Part shown: piece by piece, positions 29,323 to 39,969 of the stretch
Numbering within the stretch: the stretch's first letter is position 1
Layout: the number at the start of each line of letters is the position of its first letter
Assembly: GCA_965242635.1 (NCBI GenBank)
Contig: OZ251471.1
Location: forward strand, 1,893,662-1,957,661
DNA from: Bdellovibrionales bacterium
GTDB lineage: Bacteria; Bdellovibrionota; Bdellovibrionia; Bdellovibrionales; UBA1609
DNA: 64,000 nt
Reading direction: 5' to 3'
The notes under the pieces: model-generated
Seen by the model: only the letters and a program-made list of their open reading frames with translations
What the model was told of the DNA's origin: nothing
The model's database searches: none
Position numbers and translations under genes: made by a program

Positions 29323-30642
29323 ATGTTGACACAAAAATTAAACATCAGGGGTCGGGGGCAAAGTTACGGCTTTTTGCGTTGGTCTGAGGGGGCACAGGTC
29401 AAGCAAAGAGAGATTGATTCTTTTATCAGTCTGGGCCGTGACAAAGACAACATGATCGTGTTGGAGGATGATTTTGCCTCCCGCCGGCACTGTCGGATCC
29501 AGAGGCAGGAGGACAGGGGTTTTGTTTTGCAGGACATGAACAGCCGGAATGGCACTTTTCTGAACGGCAATCGTGTTTACAAGGCTCTTTTGAAAAACAA
29601 TGATCGTATCCAGTTGGGGAAAAGAAGTTTCACCTTTTCTTTTGAGAGGTTTGACACCCACTGTAATATTCATACAGAGAGCAAAAACCTTGAATGGAGT
29701 CGTCAGCTCAAAAGTTTGCCGGATATGGCCAAAAGCAATATGCCGGTTTTGATCACCGGCCCTTCCGGCACAGGAAAGGAGATGCTGGCCAAGCTCATCC
29801 ATCGTCATTCCCACCGGAGTGAGGGGCCTATGGTGTCCATCAACTGCAGTGCTCTCTCCGAATCTCTGATTGAAAGTGAATTTTTTGGCCATGTCAAGGG
29901 GAGCTATACGGGTGCACTCAGCTCCCGGCAGGGGGCTTTTATGTCGGCCAAGGGGGGTTCTCTCTTTTTGGACGAAATTGGTGATCTGCCTTTAAACCTT
30001 CAGCCCAAGCTCCTGCGTGCTCTGGAGTATCAGGAGATAAAGCCTGTGGGTTCTGACAAAGTGACCAAAACGGATGTTCGCATTATAGCGGCCACGCATC
30101 AGGATTTAAAAGTCAAGGTGGCCCAAAAGGCTTTTCGGGCTGACTTGTATTTTCGTCTCTATGTGCTCAACCTTTCTCCTCCTTATTTAAAAGCCAGAAT
30201 GGAGGACTTCAGGGATCTGCTGGACTTTTTTTCCTGTGAATACAATATCTCCTTTTCTTCCAGGGCGATCAGGGCTTTGAGACGACATCCCTGGCCGGGC
30301 AATATCAGGGAATTAAAAAACACCGTGGCCCGGGCCAAGGCCCTTTTTTCCGGCACTGTAGTGCAGGAGGACCAGATCCAAAAATTGCTCTACCCGGCTT
30401 CGTCTTTGACAACAAATTCGTCTTTTACGACAAACAAACCCAGGAGCAGTAAGGAAATAACTTTTAAAGAGGCAAAAAACCTGCCTATGATAAAAAAAAT
30501 GGAAAAGGATCTGATCGTTAAAACTTTGGTGTTGTGCCGGGGCAACCAAAAAAACACAGCGGAGGAGTTGGGTATGGCCCCCAGCTCTTTGTCAGAGAGA
30601 ATGAGAAAGTATAAGCTTAAACCCACAGACTATAAAAAATAA
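29323..30642 (+). CDS. FHA-domain sigma54-dependent transcriptional activator
   Basis: FHA (GR, SRRH, SRNGT), GPSGTGKE, GSYTGA, FLDEIG, WPGNIREL and a C-terminal HTH; AGGAGG SD. Confidence 0.95.
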   Translation: MLTQKLNIRGRGQSYGFLRWSEGAQVKQREIDSFISLGRDKDNMIVLEDDFASRRHCRIQRQEDRGFVLQDMNSRNGTFLNGNRVYKALLKNNDRIQLGKRSFTFSFERFDTHCNIHTESKNLEWSRQLKSLPDMAKSNMPVLITGPSGTGKEMLAKLIHRHSHRSEGPMVSINCSALSESLIESEFFGHVKGSYTGALSSRQGAFMSAKGGSLFLDEIGDLPLNLQPKLLRALEYQEIKPVGSDKVTKTDVRIIAATHQDLKVKVAQKAFRADLYFRLYVLNLSPPYLKARMEDFRDLLDFFSCEYNISFSSRAIRALRRHPWPGNIRELKNTVARAKALFSGTVVQEDQIQKLLYPASSLTTNSSFTTNKPRSSKEITFKEAKNLPMIKKMEKDLIVKTLVLCRGNQKNTAEELGMAPSSLSERMRKYKLKPTDYKK

Positions 30643-30671
30643 ACCACACATTCTCATCAATGAAGAGGCGA

Positions 30672-30735
30672 TTTTTTTAACACAGTGCATATAATTTGAG
30701 AACCTGTTTTTTACAAACGGGCCTCCGGCTCTTGA
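30672..30735 (+). repeat. Left inverted repeat flanking the type III RM operon
   Basis: tttttttaacacagtgcatataatttga...ggcctccggctcttga aligns to the reverse complement of 35149-35210. Confidence 0.85.
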
Positions 30736-30813
30736 CTGTCATGGGAGCTTGTGAGATTGTGAGCAAAAATGAAACCAAACTGGTCGATCTAAACTTCATG
30801 GGAGGTAATAAAA

Positions 30814-32514
30814 ATGCCGGCTTTAAATTTTAAAGGAAAGCACTCTGTTTATTCTTATCATTTGGGAGTCCCCTTTTGCCCAATGAAAATGGACGGGAAA
30901 AAGTCACTTCCCAAACAATCAAAGCCCTCTTTGGACGATAATTTGATTGTTCATGGGGATAACCTTCTGGCTTTAAAAGCCCTTTTGCCAAGATATGCCG
31001 GAAAGATAAAATGTGTCTATATTGACCCGCCTTACAACACAGGAAATGAAAATTGGAAATACAATGACAATGTAAACAGCCCCATGATAACAGAATGGCT
31101 GGGCAAAGTGGTTGGTGTGGATGATTTGGAGAAGCACGACAAATGGCTTTGCATGATGTGGCCCAGGTTGCAGTTGCTTAAGGAACTGCTTGCTGAAGAC
31201 GGAGTGATTTTTATCAGCATTGATGACAATGAAGTGGCCAATTTAAAACATGTCATGGACGAGATTTTTGGCGAAGAGAATTATATTGCTCAAATCACAG
31301 CTCAGACCAATCCCCGTGGTCGCTCATTGCGACAGGATATAGCTCGAACTCATGAATATATCCTGGTTTTTGCCAAAAACATGGAAAGGGTCCGGCTCAA
31401 AGAGATTCCAAAAAAGCAGGAAACTTTGTCTGAATACAAGAAAAAAGACAGTAAGGGCACTTATCGGCTTATGAGATTGATGAACGGAGCTGTCCAATTT
31501 TTTAATCGTAAGACACGGCCCAACCTGTTTTTTCCAATTTATGTCAATCCCAGGACCGGGCAAGCGTCTTTATCCCGCTCAAAAGAATACTGTATGGAGA
31601 TCTTTCCCATATCATCTTCTGGTGAAGAAGGTTGCTGGACTTGGAGCAGGAATAAAATAAAAGAAAATCCATCCATGCTTTTTGGAGAGAAAAAAAGAAC
31701 GGGCGTATGGCGTGTCTACAGAAAAGATTATCTTCCGGAAAACGGCCATGCCACCACAAAAGAGAGATCTATCTGGCTTGATAAAAGCATAAATCATGAA
31801 GTGGGGAAAGAGATATTATCAACTTTGTTTCAAAAAAATGTTTTTGACTATCCAAAATCACCGGAGCTGATAAAAAAATGTATTCAGCTTATCTCAGATA
31901 AAGAGACTGTCATTTTGGATTCTTTTGCCGGCTCGGGGACAACAGCCCATGCTGTTCTTGATTTGAATAAAGAGGATGGAGGTCATCGCAAATTTATTCT
32001 TGTGGAATGTGAAAATTATGCCGACAAAATCACAGCAGAGCGGGTTCGCCGGGTGATTAAAGGGGCCCCCAAAGCCAAAAAGGAAATTTTGAAAAACGGC
32101 ATGGACGGTTCTTTCACTTACCTGACTCTTGGGAAAGCAATGAGTGAAGAAAATCTGATAAAAGGCAAATCTCTCCCCGACTATCAAACTCTTTCCAGCT
32201 ATGTCTATTATATAGCCACAGGAAAAACTTTAAGAAAGGCACTTGAAAATGAAGACTTTTATATTGGAAAATCAGACAAAGACACTGCTTTTTTTGTTAT
32301 TTACAAACCCGATATTCATTTTTTAAGAAGCAAAAAATCTGCTCTGAATTTGGACAGAAAAGAAAAGATCCAAAAAGTCATGAGCCAAAAAAACTGCGAA
32401 AAAGCGGTGGTTTTTGCCTCTGCACATTATTTTGATTCAACAAGTGAGTTGGCAGAAGAAGGCATTATATTTTGTCAACTGCCTTTTGCCATTTACAGGG
32501 TGGCGGGGGTTTAA
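30814..32514 (+). CDS. mod: Type III RM DNA methyltransferase
   Basis: HGDNL, YIDPPYN, FDYPK and DSFAGSGTT motifs. Confidence 0.94.
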   Translation: MPALNFKGKHSVYSYHLGVPFCPMKMDGKKSLPKQSKPSLDDNLIVHGDNLLALKALLPRYAGKIKCVYIDPPYNTGNENWKYNDNVNSPMITEWLGKVVGVDDLEKHDKWLCMMWPRLQLLKELLAEDGVIFISIDDNEVANLKHVMDEIFGEENYIAQITAQTNPRGRSLRQDIARTHEYILVFAKNMERVRLKEIPKKQETLSEYKKKDSKGTYRLMRLMNGAVQFFNRKTRPNLFFPIYVNPRTGQASLSRSKEYCMEIFPISSSGEEGCWTWSRNKIKENPSMLFGEKKRTGVWRVYRKDYLPENGHATTKERSIWLDKSINHEVGKEILSTLFQKNVFDYPKSPELIKKCIQLISDKETVILDSFAGSGTTAHAVLDLNKEDGGHRKFILVECENYADKITAERVRRVIKGAPKAKKEILKNGMDGSFTYLTLGKAMSEENLIKGKSLPDYQTLSSYVYYIATGKTLRKALENEDFYIGKSDKDTAFFVIYKPDIHFLRSKKSALNLDRKEKIQKVMSQKNCEKAVVFASAHYFDSTSELAEEGIIFCQLPFAIYRVAGV

Positions 32515-35111
32515 TGGAACTCAAAGAATTTCAGGAGCTTTGTCTGATCAGGCTGAGTGATTATCTTGGTCTGTTAAAAGAACAATATTTGGACGAAAAA
32601 CTCGAAGTGGAATTTTATAAAAGCCGGGGCAAGGACAGAGAGATCGAAAAATATTGCCAAAAAACCTGGGATGAACTCCATAAAGAGGGCAAACTTCCCC
32701 AGTCCAAAAATCAAAAAGGGCAAATTCAGGTTCCTCCCCACTGCAATAAAACAGATGGCCTTGGTCACCCCATCCCCAATATATGTTTAAAAGTCCCCAC
32801 AGGAGGAGGGAAAACCCTGATAGCTGTTTCCTCCATTGAAAAAATAAACTTTGATTATTTTAAAAAAAACACAGGGCTGGTTTTGTGGATTGTCCCCACA
32901 AAAGCCATATACAGACAAACACTTATAAACTTTCAGGACAAATCACATCCCTATCGGCGAGTGTTGGAAAGAGCCTCCGCGGGAAAAGTCAAAATTATTG
33001 AAAAAACCTCTGCTTTTTCATTTCAAGACCTTGATGAACATCTTTGTGTTATGCTGTTGATGTTACCCTCAGCCAACAGAGAGACAAAAGAATCCTTAAA
33101 AATGTTTAAAGATTCAGGACGGTTTATTTCTTTTTTTCCGTCTCCTGAGAACAGCCAGGCCAATGAAAACCTCTTGTCTCAAATCAGTAATTTGGATAAA
33201 TACAGTGGCAAAAAATCTATAGGAGGTGGGAAGTCTCTTTTTGTCAAACACAGCCTGGGCAATGCCATAAGGATAGCCCGTCCGATTGTGGTCATGGATG
33301 AGGGGCACAGGGCCTATTCTGAATTGGCCAGGAAGACCATTGCCAATCTCAATCCAAAATTTATTCTGGAACTTTCTGCCACCCCCAACACAAAAGAACA
33401 CTTGAGCAATATCCTTGTCAGTGTATCGGGCATAAAATTAAAAGAAGAGGAAATGATAAAGCTCCCCATCAATGTCACCAATACCAAAAAAGGGGATTGG
33501 AAAAAAACTTTATGCCAGGCTTGTGAGAAACTGAAAGAATTGGAAAGAGACAGCAAAACATATCAAAGAAAAAGCAAAAAATATATCCGCCCCATTATGC
33601 TGATTCAAGTGGAGCGGACAGGAACAGATCAGGAAAATGATCCACGGTTTATTCATGCCAAAGATGTCCGGGCTTATTTGATCGAGCAGGGGATTCCTGA
33701 ATCCGCCATAAAAATCAAAGTGGCGGAAAAAGATGAATTAAAAGATGAAAGCCTTTTAAGCGACACCTCACAAGTGCAATTTATCATTACAAAACAAGCC
33801 CTTCAGGAGGGTTGGGACTGCCCATTTGCCTACATATTGACCATTTTATCCAAAACCAAATCCAGGCTGGCCCTGACCCAGCTGATTGGCCGAATTTTAA
33901 GGCAACCAAACGCCCAAAGAACTTCAATAAACTCTTTAAACGAAAGTTATGTTTTTTGTTACAATAAAACTGTTGAAGAAGTTGTCTCCCATATCAGAAA
34001 AGGACTGCAAAAAGAGGGCATGGACGATCTGATTGATTATGTCCAGACAGAAGAAAGCCATCTTAAAACAGTAACAGCAAAAAGAAGTCCAAAATTCAAA
34101 AGAACAAAAATTTTTCTTCCAAGAGTGTTATGCAAAACGAAAACAGGATCATGGAGAAACATGATTTATTCTCATGATATTTTGCAGGAACTGGATTTTT
34201 CAAAAATATCTTATTCAAAAAAAAACAAATGGACTCCTGAAAACATAGACTCCCTTAAAGTCAATGCCATAAAAGTGGATATAGAGGATAAAGCAGGTTC
34301 ATTGCAGGTGCCTTATACAAGTCAAAACAAGCAGGAACACATTATGAGTATGGATTACTCATTTATAATAAAAAGGCTTTGCCATTTCATACCCAACCCC
34401 TGGGAGGCCGGAAGGATTTTTGATGAAACTGTTGCCTCCTTAAAAGCCAAAAAAATATCAGATAAAAAAATTTATTTAAACAGGGCTTACCTTTTGGAAT
34501 CCATGGAGGAGGATATACGAAACCAGACAGAACAGCTGGCAGAAAAAGTTTTTACAGAGAAATTAAAAAACAGCTCCCTTTGTTTTAAAATCTTTAAATA
34601 CCAAATCGATATAAATTGGAAAATGGACCCCAAATTGGATTTTATTGTTTCCACCGGGGACAAATTTTTAAGAAAAGAGGATGACAGGGATTTTCAGCTG
34701 TCTCTTTTTGACACCACTTATCAATCCCATTACAATAAATTGGAAAAGCAGGTGGCCTGGTACCTGGATGAGCAATCAGCAGTCAAGTGGTGGCACAGAA
34801 TGGTTGCAAAACAGGACTATCATCTCCAAGGCTGGCAAAAAAGAAAAGTTTATCCGGATTTTTTGGCTTTTATCAGTCCTGACAATAAAATAAAAAAGCT
34901 TTCTGTTTTGGAAACCAAAGGTGAACATTTGAAAGGAAATGAAGACACAGAATACAAAAAAAAGCTCTTTGAAGTTTTGGAAAAACATGCCACAAATGAG
35001 TCGGTGAGTGTGGGCGATATGGAAGTCATTTCAGAACAGGAACAAAAAATGGTTTTTAAAATTCTTATGGAAAAAACATGGAAAGAGGATTTGAGCGGGT
35101 TAATGAAGTAA
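32514..35111 (+). CDS. res: Type III RM restriction subunit (SF2 helicase plus PD-(D/E)XK)
   Basis: PTGGGKT, DEGH, SATP, EGWDCP, QLIGR and YPDFL...ETKG motifs; TAATG overlap with mod. Confidence 0.92.
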   Translation: MELKEFQELCLIRLSDYLGLLKEQYLDEKLEVEFYKSRGKDREIEKYCQKTWDELHKEGKLPQSKNQKGQIQVPPHCNKTDGLGHPIPNICLKVPTGGGKTLIAVSSIEKINFDYFKKNTGLVLWIVPTKAIYRQTLINFQDKSHPYRRVLERASAGKVKIIEKTSAFSFQDLDEHLCVMLLMLPSANRETKESLKMFKDSGRFISFFPSPENSQANENLLSQISNLDKYSGKKSIGGGKSLFVKHSLGNAIRIARPIVVMDEGHRAYSELARKTIANLNPKFILELSATPNTKEHLSNILVSVSGIKLKEEEMIKLPINVTNTKKGDWKKTLCQACEKLKELERDSKTYQRKSKKYIRPIMLIQVERTGTDQENDPRFIHAKDVRAYLIEQGIPESAIKIKVAEKDELKDESLLSDTSQVQFIITKQALQEGWDCPFAYILTILSKTKSRLALTQLIGRILRQPNAQRTSINSLNESYVFCYNKTVEEVVSHIRKGLQKEGMDDLIDYVQTEESHLKTVTAKRSPKFKRTKIFLPRVLCKTKTGSWRNMIYSHDILQELDFSKISYSKKNKWTPENIDSLKVNAIKVDIEDKAGSLQVPYTSQNKQEHIMSMDYSFIIKRLCHFIPNPWEAGRIFDETVASLKAKKISDKKIYLNRAYLLESMEEDIRNQTEQLAEKVFTEKLKNSSLCFKIFKYQIDINWKMDPKLDFIVSTGDKFLRKEDDRDFQLSLFDTTYQSHYNKLEKQVAWYLDEQSAVKWWHRMVAKQDYHLQGWQKRKVYPDFLAFISPDNKIKKLSVLETKGEHLKGNEDTEYKKKLFEVLEKHATNESVSVGDMEVISEQEQKMVFKILMEKTWKEDLSGLMK

Positions 35112-35148
35112 AAGAGTTTTGTTTCTTTTATAGACAGAGGACTTTTCT

Positions 35149-35210
35149 TCAAGGGCTGGAGGCCTTTTTGTGAAAAATGAGTTCAAATTATATGCACTGC
35201 GTTAAAAAAA
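35149..35210 (-). repeat. Right inverted repeat flanking the type III RM operon
   Basis: Reverse complement of 30672-30735 with a few mismatches and a 2-bp gap. Confidence 0.85.
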
Positions 35211-35348
35211 GTCCAAGGGATAAAAGAATTGGAACTTTTAAACTTGCCTGTTATAAGGATATGTGTTTGACTTTTGTTATTTAATTAGTCGGTGCTGAAA
35301 AAGGAATTATTCCTGTTAATCTCTGTCCAGCAGGCAAAGGATTTTGAT

Positions 35349-36479
35349 ATGAAGGCAAAAAAAGGTCTGGAAGGTGTTATTGCGGACGAGAGTGCCATCT
35401 CCAAGGTCATACCGGAGAAAAGTGCACTTATTTACAGGGGCTATCCTGTGGATGAGCTGGCCCGCCGCTCTTCCTTTTTGGCTGTGGTGTCTCTGTTGTG
35501 GGAGGGGGAACTGCCCTCTCAAAAGGAGCTGGATTCTTTTAAAGAGCAGGAAAAACAGGCCAGAAAAACCGACCCGCGTGTTTTAAGTGCCATAGAGGCC
35601 TCTGCCAATGGCCACCCCATGGATGTTCTCAGAACAGCGGTTTCCCTGAGTGGGGCTTTGGAAAGTTCCCCCTGGGACGACAATGAGGACATTTTAAGAA
35701 AAAAGGCCCTGAACCTGCTGGCCAATATCCCTCTCTGGATCTCTGCACACAGCCGTTTCAGGAAAAAGCTCCCCCTTGTGGAACATAGCCGGGAAAGGGA
35801 TTTTGTGGAAAACTTTTTCCACCTTTATTTTGGGGAAATACCGCAAAAAGAGGTTCTGTCCGCTTTTGAATCCTCCCTGATTTTATATGCAGAGCATGGC
35901 TTTAACGCCTCCACCTATACGGCCCGTGTCATCAGCTCCACCACTTCTGATATTTATTCTGCCGTGGCGGGGGCTGTTGGTTCCCTGAAAGGCCCCCTGC
36001 ATGGAGGGGCCAACGAACAGGTCATGTATGTTTTGAAGGAAATAGATGAGCCGGAAAAAGCCAAAGAGTGGCTGTTAAAAGCCCTGAAGGAAAAAAGAAA
36101 GATCATGGGCTTTGGCCACAGGGTTTATAAAAAAGGGGATTCCCGTGTGCCACAGATGCTGGCCTGTGCCCAGGCCATGGCGAAAGTGAAAAACAACACC
36201 AAGTGGATGGCCATTTATGATATTTTGCAAAAAACCATGCTGGAGGAAAAAAATATTCATCCCAACCTGGATTTTCCGGCCGGGCCGGCCTATTACATGA
36301 TGGGTTTTGATATTGATGTTTTTACTCCCCTGTTTGTGATGAGCCGTATTTCCGGCTGGGTGGCCCATATCATGGAGCAAAAGAAAAACAACCGCATTAT
36401 ACGGCCTTTGTGTGAATACACAGGCCCTGTCGAAAAAACCGTCCCCCCCTCCGGCATCCTGAAAAAGGAGGAGTTATGA
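35349..36479 (+). CDS. prpC: 2-methylcitrate synthase/citrate synthase
   Basis: KKGLEGV, EHGFNAST, GPLHGGANE, GFGHRVY and PNLDFP motifs. Confidence 0.88.
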   Translation: MKAKKGLEGVIADESAISKVIPEKSALIYRGYPVDELARRSSFLAVVSLLWEGELPSQKELDSFKEQEKQARKTDPRVLSAIEASANGHPMDVLRTAVSLSGALESSPWDDNEDILRKKALNLLANIPLWISAHSRFRKKLPLVEHSRERDFVENFFHLYFGEIPQKEVLSAFESSLILYAEHGFNASTYTARVISSTTSDIYSAVAGAVGSLKGPLHGGANEQVMYVLKEIDEPEKAKEWLLKALKEKRKIMGFGHRVYKKGDSRVPQMLACAQAMAKVKNNTKWMAIYDILQKTMLEEKNIHPNLDFPAGPAYYMMGFDIDVFTPLFVMSRISGWVAHIMEQKKNNRIIRPLCEYTGPVEKTVPPSGILKKEEL

Positions 36480-38850
36480 GATTTGTTTTAAACCAAACTG
36501 GTTTTGAAAAGGGTGCCACTTTTGGGCTGTTTTCCTCCTACAAGGCAAATGTGAAACATGCATTTTCAAACAAGATCAGTATAAGAGCAATTGTTTTGCC
36601 GGTTTTGGTTTTGGGGGTTATTGGATTAAGCCACGGGGCCAGCCCTGAAAGCCCAACAGGAAAAAGAGGTAAAAAAGCCCCTGTTTTGAGAAAACCTGCA
36701 GAATCCCCTGCTGTGTCAGGGATTATACTGGCCTTTCATCAATGGCCTGATGAAAAGGAAAAAGCTCTCATCCTCAAAAAAACAGCTGAAAAAGGCTTGA
36801 AAAAAACAAAAACTATCTCTCTTTCCAAACTGTGGGTTTTTGAATGGGACAAGCCAAAAACAGTCCTGATGGCAGAACTGATTTGTTTGAATTTCCCCAA
36901 AACACCCTCTCTTAAATACTGTGAACCGGACCACCCCCTGTTCCCACAAGACGCCTCTGTTATACCCTCGCTTATTCATCAAAATAAAAATTCCTGTGAC
37001 TTGGCCAAAGACCATGATATTTATTGGGCACAAGATATGATCGGTGCCGATCTTATAAGAGAGGAACTTAAAAAAAAAATCCAAAAAACAAGATTTTTAT
37101 TGCTATATTTGACACTCCAGTGGCAACCAATGACGGCAAAACCACCCATGATATAGCTGTTAAAAATCTTGTTGCCGGCAAGGGAAAACAAGCCGTTTTG
37201 CCCGAAAGAGGGCGGCAAGGGCAGGCTTTGCGTGTTTTTCATATAAAGAGTAGTTCCACAGTCGCCGATCATATTGACAGGTTTGAAACACAGGCACGAC
37301 TGGCTTGCAGAAAAACCGGATTTAGTGGTCCAAAATATGAAGAATGCCTAAGAAAAGCGTATCCTCATTATATTAATTTTTCCATGGGGCCTGACACTGA
37401 TCTTGAAGATATCAGTTGGTCAGCTTATCAACAAAATTATAATGAAGAGGAAAAAAAAGAGCTTTCTGCAGAAATAAAATTTCAATTGGGAAAAAAACCG
37501 GAAGAATCTTTAACTGATGAAGAAATCAAAAGCTTTTTTCAACAATTGAGAGAACAAGTCAAAGATCACTATAATAAAACAACTTCCCATGCTTTTAAAA
37601 AAGTCAGCCCTTATGCCACCATAATTCAAGCCGCAGGAAACTCTGCCAGCCATGACAATACATCTGTTTTCTCCCAAGTTGTCAGACATTCAAAAGAATC
37701 TTCTGTCATTATAGTGGGAAATCTTTCTCCCAATGGCACCAAAAACAAGTACTCTCAGGAACACCCTGAGGTGCATATTATGGCACCGGCGGGTAACAGC
37801 ATTCACACTGTGGATGCTTTTGGAAATATTGTTTCATTTGGTGGCACCAGTGCGGCCGCTCCTCTTGTGACAGGCTCTTTGTCTGCTTTTGACTGGATGT
37901 CAGGCTACCATCCCACAGCCAAAGAGGCCAAAATTTTGTTGGAAAAAACAGCTGTCCCGCACATGTATTCCAACGACAGCCCCCGCACAAACGGGGCCGG
38001 CATGGTGAACGCCTATAAACTGGGTATGGTGGGGAAGGAGCTGAACAAAATATGCAAAAAAGACAGAGCCTGTTATAAAAGAATGATCAAAATGGACACC
38101 ACTTACGACACTTTGTTTCCGCCGGATCAAGGTCTGAACAAAGCTTTGGAAAGTGGTTTTCCGGAATGCAGTCAAACGGTGTGTGCGGATCCTGATTTCT
38201 CAGCTTATCCAGCTGAATGTTCAGATAAAAAAGAGATTTTTAAAAGGTTGAGAAAGCAGGCTTTTTTGCAAACAAAAGACAAGGAGCTTTGGAGGTGGGT
38301 GTCCTGTATTTATGCCGGCTATGGCTTCGGAGAGTCCTCTGAAGGGGCGATAAAAACATACATATCCCTTGCTGAGCCTGACACAGGGCATGATTCTGCC
38401 TCTTCCTGCCGGACAGATGCGGACTGTGTGTTGATTCCAGAGTGCCCGGGCTCTCTTTCAGCCACAGGAGCCAGCCAGTTGAAGTTTCAGCCGGCGAATC
38501 AAATTATGTCTGAAAGGTATTATAATGTTGAGTATTACAATAAATGCGGAAAAAAGCCCAAGTGCCGTGACAAGAAGTGCCGGTGTGGCCAGGAGGAACG
38601 GGTGAAAGGAGAGGAAAAAACAGATCCAAAAACCGGCCAAAAAACAATCCATTACACTGACTATCAAGCCAAATGTATTGGTGTTGAATGTAAAATGAAA
38701 ACAGACACAATAACAGAAACAGAGCCAGTCAAAAATGCCAAAAAACCGGCTGTCCCTTCCAGTGGGCCACGGCAACCAAGTGGGCCGGCCAGTGGACCGG
38801 CAACGGGACTGACCAAACAAGACAGCTCAGGCCCCGGAGCCACACGATAA
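36476..38850 (+). pseudogene. S8 subtilisin-like protease split by a frameshift at an A10 tract (37070-37079)
   Basis: The shifted frame reads KIFIAIFDT (Asp), THDIAV (His), AAGN and GGTSAAAP (Ser); signal peptide and prodomain are in the upstream ORF; Cys-rich C-terminus. Confidence 0.85.
36489..36583 (+). mobile_element. MITE-like repeat A (95 bp, TA-flanked) in frame in the protease signal peptide
   Basis: Imperfect TIRs TAAACCAAACTGGTTTTGAAAA / TATACTGATCTTGTTTGAAAA; full copy at 48579-48673. Confidence 0.8.
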
Positions 38851-38899
38851 AACAAACCCGGTAAGGGGAGAGTCTTAAAATAAGGTCTTAGTTGTTGTC

Positions 38900-39289
38900 T
38901 TAATGGCTGGCGGTTTTGCGATGGGCCACTTTGGCTTGGCCTGCTGTCTTGGTTTCTTGGCTGGCGGTTTTGTGCTGGGCCACTTTGGTTTTGCCCGTTT
39001 TTTTGGCTTGGCCTGCTGTCTTGGCTTTGCCCTTGTGATGGGTGTTTTGAGCTATCAAAATCTGACTCAGCATGGACTCCATGCGATCCATACGTGTTTC
39101 CATACGCGTTTCCATGCGGTCCATACGCGTTTCTATGCGGTCTATGCGCGTTTCTATGCGGTCCATACGCGTTTCCAGAGGGCTGATTTTGGCGGTTAAC
39201 ATCCAACCAAAGCCCGCAAATATAAAGCCGGTGTAAAAAACCAAAAAAGTGGCTGTGGCCAAGGTTTCTTTTGTGTTCATATTTTGCAC
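38900..39289 (-). CDS. TM plus heptad-repeat (ETRMDRI) small protein with a basic tail
   Basis: One TM, 21-bp tandem repeats and a duplicated KTAGQAK/HKTAS tail. Confidence 0.8.
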   Translation of the reverse strand: MQNMNTKETLATATFLVFYTGFIFAGFGWMLTAKISPLETRMDRIETRIDRIETRMDRMETRMETRMDRMESMLSQILIAQNTHHKGKAKTAGQAKKTGKTKVAQHKTASQETKTAGQAKVAHRKTASH

Positions 39290-39320
39290 TTTATCACACT
39301 CCCCGGCTCAAAATCAAGCT

Positions 39321-39410
39321 TTTTTTGTCAAAAATACCCTTTCATGCCCGATTTTTTGTCAAAAATACCCCTTCGTGCCCGCGATTTTTTGTCAAAAATA
39401 CCTCTCCATG
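39321..39410. repeat. Three tandem 31-33-bp repeats (ttttttgtcaaaaatacc...)
   Basis: Seen directly; each unit contains TTGACA on the minus strand. Confidence 0.85.
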
Positions 39411-39413
39411 CTC

Positions 39414-39788
39414 TCAGGGCAGGGACAGATCCCCACAGGTGTAAGACACCCCCTCTTTTAAAAAAGGGACAGGGGCCTGGATTTTATGAACAGAGACCTT
39501 TAACAGGGCTTTTTGGGGCAGACACTTCCTCAGGTTTTTCCACACCAAGCCCCCCAGCCCTTCAATCAGGCAAAAACCTTTGGGCTTATTGACGGATTTC
39601 CTGATGATTTCACAAAGCCTGAAATAACAGACAGAGTCTTCCATTTTGTCTGTCTGTTCCTCTTTTGGAGGGTCCGGAAAACCCACTGTAATATGAAAAG
39701 CCACTTTCTGTGGTTTTTCTCTTTCTGCTTTATCCTGCCCCAGGTGCACAGGCAACACAAGAGACTTTATTTCCAAAACAGAATGCAT
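39414..39788 (-). CDS. folB: Dihydroneopterin aldolase
   Basis: HLG...EREKPQ, DSVCY, LIE and VHK motifs. Confidence 0.8.
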   Translation of the reverse strand: MHSVLEIKSLVLPVHLGQDKAEREKPQKVAFHITVGFPDPPKEEQTDKMEDSVCYFRLCEIIRKSVNKPKGFCLIEGLGGLVWKNLRKCLPQKALLKVSVHKIQAPVPFLKEGVSYTCGDLSLP

Positions 39789-39969
39789 GGTTCTTAACTC
39801 CCAAAAAAAAAACAAATGTGGAGGTTCCCAATCCTCTGACTTCGGTATTATGCGGTGCATAAAAGCCATAATTTCACAGAAGCTCAATGGGGTCAAGCAC
39901 AAAACAGTTTGACAATGGAGCTTAAAAAGCTTGTCATAACAGGGGGGGCGAAAACAAACCAACAAAATC

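Noticed and set aside
30814-32514. Phase-variable mod (phasevarion)
   Set aside because: No simple-sequence repeat tract was seen in mod
39321-39410. CRISPR-like short repeats
   Set aside because: The units are tandem with similar 'spacers' of about 13 bp, and no cas genes are present
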